Origin: Octopus sinensis
Lineage: Eukaryota
Assembly (NCBI RefSeq): GCF_006345805.1
Contig: NC_043000.1
Location: 82,212,001 to 82,276,000 of the forward strand
Direction of reading: 5' to 3'
Length of the DNA stretch: 64,000 nt
The notes under the pieces were generated by a model that worked only from the letters and a program-made list of their open reading frames with translations, was not told where the DNA came from and did no database searches. Both the position numbers and the translations under genes were made by a program. This document shows, piece after piece, positions 12,940-26,179 of this stretch (its first letter is position 1; each line of letters begins with the position of its first letter).

Positions 12940-15900
12940 CTCTAGCGGGGCTGTATTCGGTCCCAAATAAATTCGGTGGCCGTTTTAATCCAATATAAAT
13001 AAGCAAGATGGCAGAAAGCATCTTGGAAAAGTTAAGGAAGAAAACTACCCCTCTTGAAAAAAAATTTTTTGAATGCTGAAGATTTCTCCTCTCTTCCCTC
13101 CGTTACTGATAACATTACAGAAGGAGAGAAGAAAAGGAAGGTCGGAAAAGTTCAAAGTAGTAGAGCAGTAGCGGCGGCAAGAGCAGTGGCGGCGGTGGCA
13201 GAGACAGCGGTGGAAGTAGTAGTAGTAGTGTTAGTAATAGCAACGCAGTTCAGAACGCAATGCATTTTAGCGGAGAAAATAATACTACAACTGAAGGGCG
13301 GTGATGGCGGTGTGGAGAGTGGCAATGGTGGAAGTGGCCACAACTACACCACCATCACCACCAACAACAACAACACCAGCAGCAGTAGCAGCAGTAACAA
13401 CAACAACAATAGTAACGTCGACAACATCAACAACAAAAACAATAACAAAAACAAGAGGTTTGCTGATGTAGCAAACACAAAGAAAGAAATGTTTACAATC
13501 CCTCTCGAGGACAAAATTCGAGAACTTTCAAAGGCAGAAGACATCATCAAAGTTTCGTACCTCCCGAAATAATAGAGGCAAAAGAAAAAAAGATAGTATA
13601 TTTTAAATGGGTATCACAGAAAAGTGGGAGATCCGAAATAGCTTCCATCAGTCACGTCGAGAAGGCCCTCGGCAAAATTTTAATAGATGTGGTTCACATA
13701 CAAAGAGGGAGGCAGTTTGCCAGCATTGAGGTTCTCTTTAAAAGTGAGGACCTCGTCCGAAGACACCCAATGTCATCCCGGTGGACCGAGGAGTGGGTCC
13801 TGTATCCCTGCTATCTCTCTCGAAGAGAACGATGAGAATTAGGGTAAACGGTGTGTCACCAGCTGTAAACGTCTAGTGGATCGTTGCCTGTGCAGTGCCG
13901 GACCCAGAGTCACTCCTGGAGGCAAAAAAGGAGTAACATGGAGACCTGGTGCGGAATCAGCTTGGAGATATTAATCCATGTGAAACCAGATATATCGTAA
14001 AGATCCCGGACCTGATCCAGATGCCCAGTGGGGTGTAACTGTCGTCGTGGAAGGCAGGATGCCCAGATGTGACACCTGTGGGGTCACAAGCCACCTCAGA
14101 GACTGCTGCCTCCAAAAATCGGGAGGTATGCGGTCAAACCTGCAGCCTGCAGGGTACCCCCAACAACAGAGACCTTTTAATAGAACTTCAGCTTCAACAC
14201 AACACCAACAACAACAGAGGCATGTGAGCCCCATACAATGGGGAAAACCCAGGGTATCTGCCAAACCAGCCCCTTCTCATCCCCTCTCTCAAGCATATAC
14301 TAACACAAGCACGCTTACACTATCACAGACACACTTACACTCTTCGAGACAGACCATGCAGACACTAGCCACTACTCATCCCGTAATGAAGACAAGGAAG
14401 ATCCCACAAAATAAAGAAAAAATGAAAATGGCAAAGGAAACAGAAAATAAAAGAACCTACACAAACACCCGAAAACAGAAAACTTTAACTCATTGAACAT
14501 AGACACAACAAAAACAACTACCATCCCCAAAACAACCACTACGCCAACCAAATCCACCAATGCACTAACAACCACACGTAGCCACTCCCCACAAAAAAAG
14601 CTAACAGTCAATACGGAAACACCGAGTTATGTGCTCGTGAGGAGAGTCAACAAAAATTTTTTGCGCTCATAGCCAAAAACAAGCAAATTGTGAGAGAAGG
14701 TGCAATTTATGACACCACCGCCCCTAGGGTTCCGGATCATTTAATGTTAATGCAGTTACCTCTCAGTGTATATAAAGAAATTCAGAGGGACTTCCTGCAT
14801 GACGTAGGAAGGAGAAACGTCTACACCACCAAGAGGCTTTTAGCTGATTTCTCAGACGAACCAGATCCGGAGCCCAGCTCCAGGAGGGTAAGTAACCCCG
14901 CATTTTTTCTTTTCCTCAACCATTTCGAACCGTCACGGCAATTGTCAGAGTGGGCTGCATAAATGTTCACGACGTGAGGTCACCCTGGAAGCAAAGTCGC
15001 TTGCTCAGTGACCTCAGGTGGCTAGGTTTGGATGTGATAGCAGCCAGAGAAACCAGGATTTCCGACACTCGCAATCTTGTACCCATTTTCGACGATTATG
15101 AGATCTACGCAACTCTTAGTTGGCCCGGAATGGGAGGCAGGGTGGCAGTGCTGTTTAGGAAAGTTCTGGATCTCGAAGTTCGGACAATCTTCCTGGACCC
15201 GGAGGTTAAGCTGGTGGTACTGGACGTGAGCGAAAGTGAAGGAGGGGCTTTTAGACTAGTCACCGTTTACCCCTCCACGGGAGTGGAGCAGCAACATTTC
15301 TTCAGACGTTTGGAGGTTTCCTAAGGACGTCACGCTCTTTAATGTTACTGGATAAAGTGGGGCTCGCAGATAGGGAAGGGGGAGTAAAAGTCCCACAACC
15401 CTGCTCAGCCGCTTCCAGTTGGCTGACAGGTACCGACTGGATTTCCCGGATGCGCCATTGTGGACATGGGCGAACTGCTTCGGATCTTCCAGATCGTATC
15501 TAGATAGAGTATTTTGTAGGCCTTTAGATAGAAGTAGTATAAGTTGTCCACGTTTCAAGGTCATCGGCTACACGGGCCATACATTTGTGATCTGTACGGT
15601 CGACATAGGAACCATGGACTGGGCCTCGGATACTGGAAGCTGAGCGCATCCTTCCCAGTGCACCAAGCTTTCAGAGACCGGGTTAGCAAGTTAGTCCATC
15701 GAAAGTTGGTGGGGATAATTGTCATCAGCCGTTGGTGGATAGCTTTGAAAAGGGCTATTAGAGTTGAGGCGGTAGATTTTAGAAAGGAAATAGCGTTAGA
15801 GGAATATAAGATAGAGTTAGGAAGCTAGAATGGGCGCTTAGGAAAGGCATAGTGACCGATGTGCTAGCGGCGAGATTGGTTCTTGGTCAATTCTTCAATG

Positions 15901-17397
15901 CCAAGCACGAACATTGCCTTGTCAAAACTAAGGCATGTGCACTGAGACGGAAGGAACGAAATGCGTTCGATGGGCCCTGGTGACAGAAGCGCTTTGTGCG
16001 AGCTGTGATGGGCGCATGATAACCGAGTCCAAGCAGATGTGTGCGGAATTTCAGCGGTACTTCGCCGAACTATATAAGGCGTGCGGTGGCTCTGGGATGG
16101 TGGTGGATTTTACCTCCTATCTCAGTGGCATGCCATGTCTCTTGGCCAGGGTTGCAGAGTTCTGCAAAATGCCGATAACAGCCGAAGATATAAGGGACGC
16201 GATGAAGGCCTGCGCAAGAGAGAAGTCTCCGGGGTGGGATGGTCTACCCTTCTAGCTTTATTTTCGTATGCCAGACTTGTTCGGTGGTCTCTTGGCAGAC
16301 GTCTACCACAACTGGATAGAATGACCAGTTAAATTGCTCGGTATCTGGTTTGGTTCAGACCTCCAGGTGGACAAAAACTGGTGGGGGGGGACGAGCAGGG
16401 TAGCCAATCTTACCCAGAAATGGGCAGAGAGGAAGCTGGCCTTGGTGGATCGGGTGGAGGTGGCGAATGCGTACATCGTTTCCGTCATCTACTAACGCCT
16501 GACCGTGGTCCCTCACTCTTCCACTTCCTATGAAACGGACGTTTTCCGCTCGTCAGACAGTCCATCTGCTATCAACAGCCGCTGAGTGGAGGACGTGGCT
16601 AATGATGCGTAGATATGGTCTCTTCCGGGGGACTTTTGGACCAGGGCCTATGGATAACTTCCAGAAATCCCTGGCTTGGCAGTGCTACCAGAGAGCTCTG
16701 CCGGTCCCAGAAAGCTCTACAGACAAGGAAGTGCTGTCAGACGGACCTGTCCGAGATGTGCGCAGGACGATGAAACCGTCCTACATGTACTCGTCCAGTG
16801 TCCGTGCATTACTGACCTGTGGAGCTTTGTCGAACAGCTGTTGTCACGTGAAGGACGGATCCGGTTATCAGCCGCGTTCATTGTGAGGATCGCCGCACAG
16901 CCTTCTTTTGGCTGGGAGGGAACGGCAGTTTTCCTCTACGTAGTGGCTATAACGAAATAAGTAGTGTGTTGGACGAGGTTGAAAGGACTGAAGACTTTCC
17001 TCTTCGAATGAGCCCTCATTGACATTTACAAGTTCCACTTCAGAAGGAAAGTGAAGGTATAGAGGGAAGTACCCCACACCAGTAAGTTTGTTGAAAGGTG
17101 GGTGAATGCTGCGAAAATGGCACGTGTGAAAGGGCCTAACCCGAATATTCGTCTGTAAGCCGAAGCAGTGAGGGGAAGAGCGGTGCCTACCTGGGGTATC
17201 CTTGGTAGTTGGGGTGACCAGGTTGTGTGGGGTACTCTGGTTGCCCCTAGGTGGATCTACCCCATTGGGGAATTTTGTTGTTTAAATTTTGTTTTAACTG
17301 TTTTGTTTTTATTGTTTACACGTTTTTCTTTTTTAACCCCCACCCGTCCCTTGTTTATAATTGTCCCTAATTGTTTTTATGTTCGGCTTTTGTAGCC
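12940..17397 (+). mobile_element. Near full-length decayed L1/Tx1-clade LINE
   Basis: ORF1 remnants from ATG ~13008 with a CX2CX4HX4C knuckle (14068-14109); ORF2 remnants: APE endonuclease (GCINV.., GGRVAVLF, YLDRVF, GYWKL), KSPGWDGLP, LLGIWFG, C-terminal CPRCAQDDETVLHVLVQC; many stops and frameshifts. Confidence 0.88.
14950..17157 (+). pseudogene. Tx1 ORF2 (APE-RT) pseudogene lacking the RT core
   Basis: ORF fragments 14950-15324, 15419-15828, 15935-16255 and 16676-16960; the sequence jumps from the pre-RT region to LLGIWFG at ~16320. Confidence 0.8.
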
Positions 17398-17402
17398 AGA
17401 GG

Positions 17403-17803
17403 GTAAGCTGGCAGAATCGTTAGCACGCTGAGCCATTTCGTCTGTTCTTACGTTCTGATTTTGCCTTTCATTCTTTCAGTATCGATGAAATAAGTACCAG
17501 TTGAAAATGGGGATCGATGTAATCAACTCATCCCCTCGCGACAAAAATTGCTGCCCTTGTGGCAAAATTTGAAACTATTTTTATTATTATTAGGCCGACG
17601 AGCTGGCAGAATCGTTAGCGAGCCGGACTAAATGCCTAACGGCATTTCGCCAGTCTTTGCGTTCTAGGTTCAAATGCCGGCGGTGTCGACTTTACCTTTC
17701 ATCCTTTCAGGGTCGATAAATTAAGTGCCTATGAAACACTGGGATCGATGTAATCGACCTACTCCTCCTTCAAATTTCAGGCTTGGGACCTATAGTAGAA
17801 AGG

Positions 17804-17805
<2 letters not shown>
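17403..17805 (+). mobile_element. Two tandem SINE family B copies
   Basis: AGCTGGCAGAATCGTTAGC heads near 17406 and 17601; CCTTTCAT.CTTTC..TCGAT.AA.TAAGT domain in both. Confidence 0.85.
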
Positions 17806-17850
<45 letters not shown>

Positions 17851-17892
17851 TACTACTACTACTACTACTACTATTATTATTATTATTATTAT

Positions 17893-18448
17893 TGAGTGAG
17901 AGAGCAGTGCATGCCATCAAAGTGACACTGGGGTAAAATATACGAAGCCCAGTATACCCATCATGACTACCCGTCTGATAAGGGTACACCAGGCACATGC
18001 ATCACAACCATATGTGCGCGACATGGTGATCTCATATCAAGATAAACAGCACATGACCTTGCAGGTTGGGCCCAGTTAGAATTTTCTTCAGGTTGAGTAA
18101 CCCATCCCGCTCAAAAGGTCCCTGAATAAGGGTTGTTTAAGGATGTTGAAAGAACCACCCATGTTTCCAGAGGTGAATTATTCAAACCCCAAAGAATCCC
18201 TCTCAACACATGGCTTTGATGCTCCCCCACTACTTCTGCTCGTGATCAGAGATGCACATATCGTCAGCCACTAAGGGACATGCTCAACTGGTTAAAGTTA
18301 AACAACTGACAAGCAAATCTGTGGTATTGAGCAGAATATTTGCTGTAGCCCATCTTTTATACCAAGACAAAACAATGTACATGATAACACTTCCAATCAG
18401 TTAAGATCAGAAGCCATGAGAGCCTCTGCCTGGTACTGCATCAGGGCA

Positions 18449-18449
<1 letters not shown>
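17893..18449. mobile_element. ~555 bp non-coding insertion bounded by (ATT)n on both sides
   Basis: Complex sequence sharply bounded by ATT repeats at 17804-17892 and 18450-18512; no ORF of note. Confidence 0.6.
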
Positions 18450-18508
<59 letters not shown>

Positions 18509-18512
18509 TATT

Positions 18513-20066
18513 TTTGACTTTTGCTTTACATTTGTACAAGTTGGCTCCAAGTCTCACCCAGGGACTTCAAGAGACAACAAGTTGGAAGTTCATGTTGGTA
18601 TTATGCTTAGGGTACCATATATTTGGTTTTGTACATAGTGTTGTTCTAGAGAATGTTTTAGAAACCATAAGAAAATTATGTTTGTTTCAAAACTTGAGAT
18701 TACATAGAAAATATTTTGCGTAGAATATGAGCAGTTCCCATGAGCACTATCTTTTGAATTTCTGTCATTTTGGGGTTTCCTGGTATCTGAGCTGGGTAGC
18801 AATCAGCCCCTTTTGCTATCATTCCCAGGGCACCTATGACAATAGGTATTGTTTTAGTCTTCAGGTTCCACGTTTTGCTGATTTCTATTTCAAGATCTTT
18901 ATATTTGCTCAGTTTTTGGTAGGTCTTGACAGATACGTTTATATCGATTGGGACAGTCATATCAATGAGGAGGCATGTTCTTTGTTTGAAGTCTTTCAAT
19001 ATGATGTCTGGCCTATTCGCATCTATCTTTCTGTCAGTTTGATTGGTGAAGTTCCAGAGGAGTGAGATGTGGTCATTTTCAAGCACTGGGGGTGGATTGT
19101 GTTCCCACCAGTTTTTTTCATGGGGCAAATCCAGGTTTTTGCAGATTACCCAGTGAATATATTGTGCAGCTCTATCGTGTCTGTTGAGATACTCTGTAGG
19201 CGCTAGAAGACTGCACTTGGAGACCACATGGTCAATGGTTTCATTTTGTTGCTGGCATACACGACATGTTGGACTGCTTCTGATCTTTAATATGTTGGCC
19301 TGGTTGTTTCTTGTTGGTAGGCATTGATCTTGAGCTGCTATGATAAACCCTTCTGTTTCAGATTTTAAGCCAGAGGCCATTAGCCATTGATGGGTCAGGG
19401 CTTTGTCAACATCTGCATTATTTGCTCTCTTTGGGTATTTGCCATAGAGAGGTTTTCCTTGCCATTTATCATTCAGAATATCTAAGGCCGCAGATTTAGC
19501 ACGGGTTTTCATGCGCTTAGCTTTTTCTGTGCTTGTTTCTTGTATGTCTATCTCTAATTCCGAAATTTGTTGTATTCGGAATTCACTTAGATATTCCTTT
19601 GCCTGTTTTGTTACTGAGTATGATGCTTTCTTGTTTTCATGTTTTGAGACAAGTTTTAACATCCAGTCCTCAGACTTTTTCAGGTAGGCGTCTAGGCCAA
19701 TTGTAGCAATCTTCATTGTTATTGCCAGTTGTAAAAGTCCACGGCCTCCCTCTTTTCTTGGCAGATAAAGTCGTTCTGTATCTGCCTTAGGGTGGTGCAT
19801 TCTATGCATTGTCAACAGTTTTCGTATTTTTCTGTCAAGATTACATATTTCAGTAATTGACCAGTTAACGATATTGAAACTGTAAGTCACGACTGGTATG
19901 GCTAATGCATTGATCGCTTCGATCCTGTTTCTCGCATTCAGCTCTGTCTTGAGTATTGCTCTTACTCTGCGATAACATTCTCTCCTGATCCTTTCTTTCA
20001 TCTCTGAATGCCTCATTCCTTCTCCTTCAATTACTCCTAGATACTTGTAGTTCTCTGCTGGGTCTG
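18513..20066 (-). mobile_element. 5'-truncated R4/Dong-like RLE non-LTR retrotransposon in (ATT)n
   Basis: YKYLG (end of RT), open ORF to the stop at 18700, ~190 bp 3' UTR, ATT repeats at both ends. Confidence 0.92.
18700..20016 (-). CDS. C-terminal half of non-LTR RT-RLE polyprotein (thumb, CCHC finger, restriction-like endonuclease)
   Basis: 438 aa uninterrupted: LYLPRKEGGRGL, CRVCQQQNETIDHVVSKC, RHD, RPDII..LIDMTVP, KLSKY, IGALG, QKIVLMGTAHILR; frame extends upstream to DPAENYKYLG; N-terminus lost by truncation. Confidence 0.9.
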   Translation of the reverse strand: MRHSEMKERIRRECYRRVRAILKTELNARNRIEAINALAIPVVTYSFNIVNWSITEICNLDRKIRKLLTMHRMHHPKADTERLYLPRKEGGRGLLQLAITMKIATIGLDAYLKKSEDWMLKLVSKHENKKASYSVTKQAKEYLSEFRIQQISELEIDIQETSTEKAKRMKTRAKSAALDILNDKWQGKPLYGKYPKRANNADVDKALTHQWLMASGLKSETEGFIIAAQDQCLPTRNNQANILKIRSSPTCRVCQQQNETIDHVVSKCSLLAPTEYLNRHDRAAQYIHWVICKNLDLPHEKNWWEHNPPPVLENDHISLLWNFTNQTDRKIDANRPDIILKDFKQRTCLLIDMTVPIDINVSVKTYQKLSKYKDLEIEISKTWNLKTKTIPIVIGALGMIAKGADCYPAQIPGNPKMTEIQKIVLMGTAHILRKIFSM

Positions 20067-20086
20067 TTCTTCTTATTATTATTCTC

Positions 20087-20148
<62 letters not shown>

Positions 20149-20174
20149 TATTATTATTATTATTATTATTATTT

Positions 20175-20695
20175 TCATAAACACTCAATAGATTAGACTA
20201 TTGGAAAAGAAAAATCGTAACATCGGGCTACAAGTAACCTTAGATGCCAAGAAACCCCTTAAGTATCCTAGCTGTCCCTAATAACACTGTTTTCTGGATC
20301 TGTACTAAACTGGGTCTTATGCCTATTTCCTCTAGCCATCTATTCAAATCTTTAGGGATAGTTCCTAACGAACCTGTAAGAGATAGTTCCTAATGCACCT
20401 ATACATTTCACCCGCACTTTCCATAGCCTCTGTAACTCAATGGTTAGGTCCTGGTACTTTGGTATTTTTTCTATACCTCTCATATTGATTTTTCGTCATT
20501 TCGGACTGTGCAGTCAATTATTTGGCACTTTCTAATCTCTTCATCTACTGTTACCAAATTAGGCCTTCTGCTTCTATTGCTCTGTCTGTCTTAATGTTAA
20601 AGTCTCACAACGTCTTATACTTCTTACTTTCTAGTACTTTACTAGGTTCATGTTCATACCATTTACCAGTATGGTCAAATCCTAGCTTTCTACAT
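20175..20695 (-). mobile_element. Older RLE non-LTR 3' fragment
   Basis: Minus translation RRPNLV..QIIDCTV, KYQDLTIELQRLWK, IQKTVLLGTARIL; ATT repeats on both sides. Confidence 0.8.
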
Positions 20696-20700
20696 TATTA

Positions 20701-20895
20701 AGGCGATGAGCTCGAAGAATCGTTAGTATGCCGGATGAAATAATGGGCGGCATTTCGTCTGTGTTTACGATCTTAATTCAAATTCCGTCGAGGTTGCCTT
20801 TGCCTTTCATCCTATCAGAGTCGATAAAATAAGTAGCAATCAATCACTAGCCCACTCCCCCTTAAATTTTAGGCCTTGTGCCAATACTGGAAATC
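20701..20895 (+). mobile_element. SINE family B copy
   Basis: GGCGATGAGCTCGAAGAATCGTTAG head; GCCTTTCATCC..GTCGATAAAATAAGTA. Confidence 0.8.
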
Positions 20896-21512
20896 ATCAT
20901 CATCATCGTCATCATTATCATCGTTATTGCTATCATAATATTTAGGAAAAGTCTGAAATGTTACTGACAATGTACCTACATTTATATAATGAGTGTAACC
21001 AAATCAGATCTCATGACAATGACTTCAAATAATCACCTTTCACAGAGGTGCCTTTATCATTATTGCCAAGATGAATATGTCGCCACTAGCCAACTTTCAA
21101 ACCCCACCCATTTCGGGGGAGTCTATAGCTTCATTGATATCTTTAAAAAATATCCGACCTGTTGTATACAATGAAAGCGTTTGTTTTATTTTCTGGGTTT
21201 TAGCACACGCATATCTTTGCATGATTTTGCTTCTATCGTCTGACTGTGCATTCGTATTCTGAGTGCGCATGTGTGTGTGTGTGGTGTGTGTGTGTGGTGT
21301 GTATGTATGTGCATGTGTGTATGTGTATATGTGTGTGCGCATTCGTTGTCTGTAGCTTTACAGTCGTGCATGTATGTGTTTTCATACATATATATAACTT
21401 TGTGTCTCGCTCTATATGCATATGTTTTGATGTGTGTAAAAGGCATGGGTGTATATATGTTTATATGTATATATGTATACGTGTGTATGTATATATGTAT
21501 TTTTTATCCTTC

Positions 21513-21630
21513 TACAGCCATGCTAGGCCCATAAGGGCCGGTTTCCCGGTCTCATTGGCGAATATATTCCCCACCTGGACGGGACGCCGAGCCGTCGCTG
21601 GGTTACTAATATTTGCCAGCTGAGTGAACT
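21513..21630 (-). mobile_element. SINE family C-related 3' part
   Basis: Reverse complement of GGCGTCCCGTCCAGGTGGGGAA..CCGGGAAACCGGCCC. Confidence 0.7.
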
Positions 21631-21812
21631 GCTTTATCGATCGCATTCTCGCCTGGAATCGATTTTTGTCATTTTTGTCAAGACTCATACACGCCCTGAT
21701 AGCGTCGGTGTCTACATATTCAATTTGAACTCAATCGGATGGAGGATGCCCGAGATCCTAGAAGACACACACACACACACAGATAGACAGAACGGATTTT
21801 ATATAATAGATA
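21631..21812 (+). mobile_element. Possible non-autonomous Helitron/Helentron-like 3' end
   Basis: AATTTGAACTCAATCGGATG..(CA)n..AGACAGAACGGATTTTATATAATAGAT resembles DINE-1/Lep1-type ends. Confidence 0.35.
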
Positions 21813-22480
21813 TATAGAGGTATATGAGTGTAAGTCTGTGCGAGTAAATCTGGCGCTCAGACATATAAGAAAAGATATTAGAGAGTGTAATCATTAATAA
21901 TTTTCTTTTGCAAACTACAGCAACTGAGAATTTTCTGTCTCCAATTTAGTTTTCAGGCTCTCAATTTCATGTTTCTACCAATAATAGCACAAGTACATGG
22001 GTAGTTTTCATTTATTGAGTTTCCAAAATATAACATCTATATGATTTGTTGTTAGCAAAACCTAAATTGCGTTGTTGAACAATGATGGTAGAATCTATTA
22101 ACAAATTGTATGCAGAACAAATAGATACATTATTATTTATATTCTTGCTGTTTTGCCTGCTCCCAATGAATTATTACCGGTTTGACAGACATCAGCACGC
22201 ATTAGCAAATAATTTGTTTGTTGATTTCTAGAATCAAAAGCCGCTGCTCTCGTTTAGTTTATTGATCCATAGTACCTTTGATTGAAGAGAAACAGAACGA
22301 GGTCGAAAAAACGCGGTGTCTCAAAGTTTCTTTACGTCAATGAATCACAAGTATTATGAACAGTCTAAAGGGAGAAAACGCTCTCCGATGATGAAAATCA
22401 ACATCGACCAGCATATTCACGTTCAGATCTATAATGAACGGCAACCTATTAACAATGAATAGCTGTTTTATATACATACG

Positions 22481-22516
<36 letters not shown>

Positions 22517-22546
22517 CATGCTGACATACATACATACATACATACA

Positions 22547-22582
<36 letters not shown>

Positions 22583-22610
22583 TATGTATGTATGCATGTA
22601 TATAGGTGTA

Positions 22611-22901
22611 GAGGCACATGGCCTAGTGGTTAGAACAGCCGACTCGCGGTCGAAGAATAGTGGGTTCGAATCTCAGACCGGGCCATGTGTGTGTTTATGA
22701 GCGAAACACCATGCGACTCCGGCAGAAGGTGATGGCGAACATCTGCTGACTCTTTCGCCACAACTTTCTCTCATGCTTTCCTCCTGCATCTAGCAGCCCA
22801 CCTGCGACGGACCGGCGTCTCGTCCAGGTGAGAACCTATACGCCAATGAAACCGGGAAACCGGCCGTTATGAGCCAGGTATGGCTCGAGAAGGAACAAGC
22901 A
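22611..22901 (+). mobile_element. SINE family C, full length
   Basis: A box TGGCCTAGTGG, B box GGTTCGAATCT; colinear with 4729-5000. Confidence 0.88.
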
Positions 22902-22917
22902 AAACATATATATATAG

Positions 22918-23096
22918 GTGCTTCCCAAACACATAGTTCCGGCTTCAGTCCCACTGCGTGGTACTTTGGGCTGGTATCTTCTACTATAGCCTCGTGAGTA
23001 TGTTTGGGAGAAACAGAAGCTGAAAGTAGCCCGTCGTATGTGTGTGTGTGTCATTGTGTCTCTGTTTGTCCCTTCACCATTGCTTCACAACCGATG
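22918..23096 (+). mobile_element. SINE family A, partial
   Basis: TTCAGTCCCACTGCGTGG..CTTCTACTATAGCCTCG..GCCCGTCG(TG)n..CAACCGATG. Confidence 0.75.
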
Positions 23097-23129
23097 TATA
23101 AGTATGTATGTATATATATACATATATGA

Positions 23130-23450
23130 ATGCCGTCCACTCGTGACCGAGGAAGACCATTGCTAACCTTCAGGAACATTGTGCGCTCTAGGGCTAACTT
23201 ATATTTTGCATTTGCGGTTCCGTTGGTGGCTAATGAGCCCTACTCTTGACAAGCATACACAGCTGCAAACATTGAAAACCAAGCTTTCCCCATTCACTAC
23301 ACTAGCAGTGCGCTTTCGAGCAGCACGCTTAAGTTTTTCATGTAGAATACGTGCTCTCTCAAAAGTGTTGACCCCCTCCTTAACCTGCTTCCTCCATCTG
23401 TGGCGATGACAGGCATTGTCTTCCAGTCAGTTGATCTCAAGACTGCTCTA
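23130..23450 (-). mobile_element. RTE-clade LINE 3' end
   Basis: Minus translation EDNACHRHRWRKQVKEGVNTFERAR..KRAARK..CSCVCLSRVGLISHQR matches the RTE C-terminal WR..KR..RK..SRxGLxSH signature. Confidence 0.8.
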
Positions 23451-24166
23451 ATCTGGCTGGCCCCTAGGAAATCTTAGCTAAGAGTACTAGATTCTTCGGA
23501 AGAAAGCAAGCGAATGTATACGAAACAAGGACAAAAAGGAAGCAAACGGAGAAATGGTACACAATTACAAATAAAAAACAACAGGTGTCATTCGACTAAG
23601 GACGAATTAAATTAAGCTGGCGTGTGTGGAAATGAAGCCTTACGGCAGGAACATAGCAGATGAATGTCATGGGAAGAAATACGAGAGATGCTGCACGGAT
23701 GGTAGTCGAACCAAGAAAGAAAGGTCAGGCTTGGCCGAACACCGGTCATGTGGAAGGAGAGGAGAGAGGTAGTGGATAGAAGGATTGAAGAATTAGGGAG
23801 GGACGAGAATGAGAGAAAAAAGGAAAGCGATAGACTGAGGTAAAGGAGGAGGGAAAATGATGAGAATGAAGGAAATGCCAAGAAATGTGAGAGAGGGTGG
23901 GAGTGACAAAAAGGAACGAAGAAAGTGTGAAAGGGGCCAAAGTAAAGAGAGTCGTACAGAATTTATACATATATATATATGAATAACAGCTGCGTTTAAT
24001 TCCATTTATTTATTTATCTATTTTATACAAAACATTTCACCTAAACCTGGAGCCTCTACCTTTATAAAAAGAATATTACATGCTTGTTACTAGTATGGAT
24101 TATTGCTCCCTGGTAACTGTTTATTTTTTTTTTCTGTGTTATTTGTAAACACTGGAAAAAACACGC

Positions 24167-24226
<60 letters not shown>

Positions 24227-25459
24227 TATATATATATTATATATATATTCTCCTACGACTGTTCCGAGCCATAGGTGAAACAAAATATATTTTGTCGAAC
24301 CAGTGATTATAGATTAAATGTTCGTACAAACGCACACTAACATACACAAGCATATATATAGTATGCATCTATGTATGTATGGATATATGTATATGTATTT
24401 AGGCTCACTTATATACATGTCTAGATATCTACATATGTGTGCGAATATATGTACAATGCGCATGTTTGTAAATGTGTCATTATTAACAGCAACAGCAGCA
24501 GCAGTATCAGACAAGCAGTTATGTTTCCTCTAGAGAAGACTGTAAAACTTCGATAAGACTTCAAATACCGAAGAATTCTCCAAGACTTGGTCATTTCCTT
24601 AAGAACGCACCCATATTCTTTGTTCTTGTTTTCTTCTTGTCTTTCATTTTTTGGCTTTCCGTTTATAGATATTTGTTTGTTGTTGCAGTTAATATCATTG
24701 TTGGTATGGTTGTTGTTGGCGGGCGTAGTGATGTGGTAGAAGCTGTTGTTGTTGTTGTTTTCGTGGTGGTGGTTATAATTATCGTTGTTACTGTTGTAAA
24801 ATGTTTTTCATTTTTTTCTTTTTCTTTCTTTTTTTATTGGTTGTTTAAAGGAACATTTTCGAATGGATCAATCGATAAATCGGTTAGTTTTTGACATAAA
24901 GAGAGAAAAGGAAGAGATGAGAGGACAGACGGTGAAGGAGAGAAAAGAGAAAGAGAGAGAGAGTGCAGAAAGGAGAGTGTGAATGGGGGTCTGATTGCTG
25001 TTCTAGATTAACTGATCCCTTTATTTGTTTTATTATTCATTCTTTCATTCCAGAATGGACCCGTGAGTTTGAAGTGTATTCGGATGAAGAACTACAAAGA
25101 ATAGGACATCGCCACTATCTCCATCATAAACACACACTTCCTTCACCAAACACGTCTTCTTCTTACACCCCACTCTCACTACTACCAACGCCATCACCTC
25201 CATATAACCTCACTCCAACTGTCAACCCCACTCCTAGTTTCACTTCCAACACGAAAGCCATACAGAAATAGAAAGCAGAAACAAAACCACCACCAATAAC
25301 AAAACAACAGCAACAAAAACAAAAACACCGATGAAGCCAAAACAGAAAATGGCGTCGTTATGACAAAGGACAAATATTTTCTTTGTCCCGATTCTGAAAT
25401 CTTCATTTTTTCCCATTATATTTATTTATTTATTTATCATTAACATCATCATCATCATC

Positions 25460-25521
<62 letters not shown>

Positions 25522-26179
25522 CATCATCATCATCGTCATCTATCAATTATCATCATCATTATCGTCATCACCATCATCATCATCAATACCGTTGTTGTAG
25601 TTGTTTAATCTGATGAGGGAGTCTCGTCAAATTGTATCGTTTTATCTCCACATTTTTTGAAAAAATAAAAAGGAAAAAGATAACAAAGAAAAAATTGGAT
25701 GAGAATATCAACAAAATGTCTCCCACCAACATAATTATGAAAAAAATGGCGCCATATACATGTATAGACACACACACACGTATATCTCATAAATATATGG
25801 GCATGTGTGTGTATGTGTTTGTGTGTGTCTGTGTGTGTGCGTGTTTATTTGTATGTGTTTCTTCGTAATATTCTTTCATTTTTTTATTACTTTCAGCCAG
25901 TGCACGGTGACCATGCTGGAGTGTTGCTTTCAAATATAATTTAATCGATTATATTGACTAAAATACTTTGACTAGTACTTATTTTATTGATCTCGTAATA
26001 ACGTGATGGAAAATGCTCCAGCTGGACTTAGATATTGCAAAGCATTTCTGTTCAGTGTACCGGTTGTCACACCAGACGGATATAAACGGCCACACACACA
26101 CACACACACAACACACACACACACACACACACACGTACACACATGTATGTATATATACGTGTGTGGTGGGGCTGGTTGA

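Noticed and set aside
22615-22685. tRNA gene
   Set aside because: A/B boxes continue into the SINE C body and no complete cloverleaf forms; the same holds for 53367-53435.
25610-25635. CTGATGAG..CTC hammerhead-like start
   Set aside because: No GAAA box or helix I.
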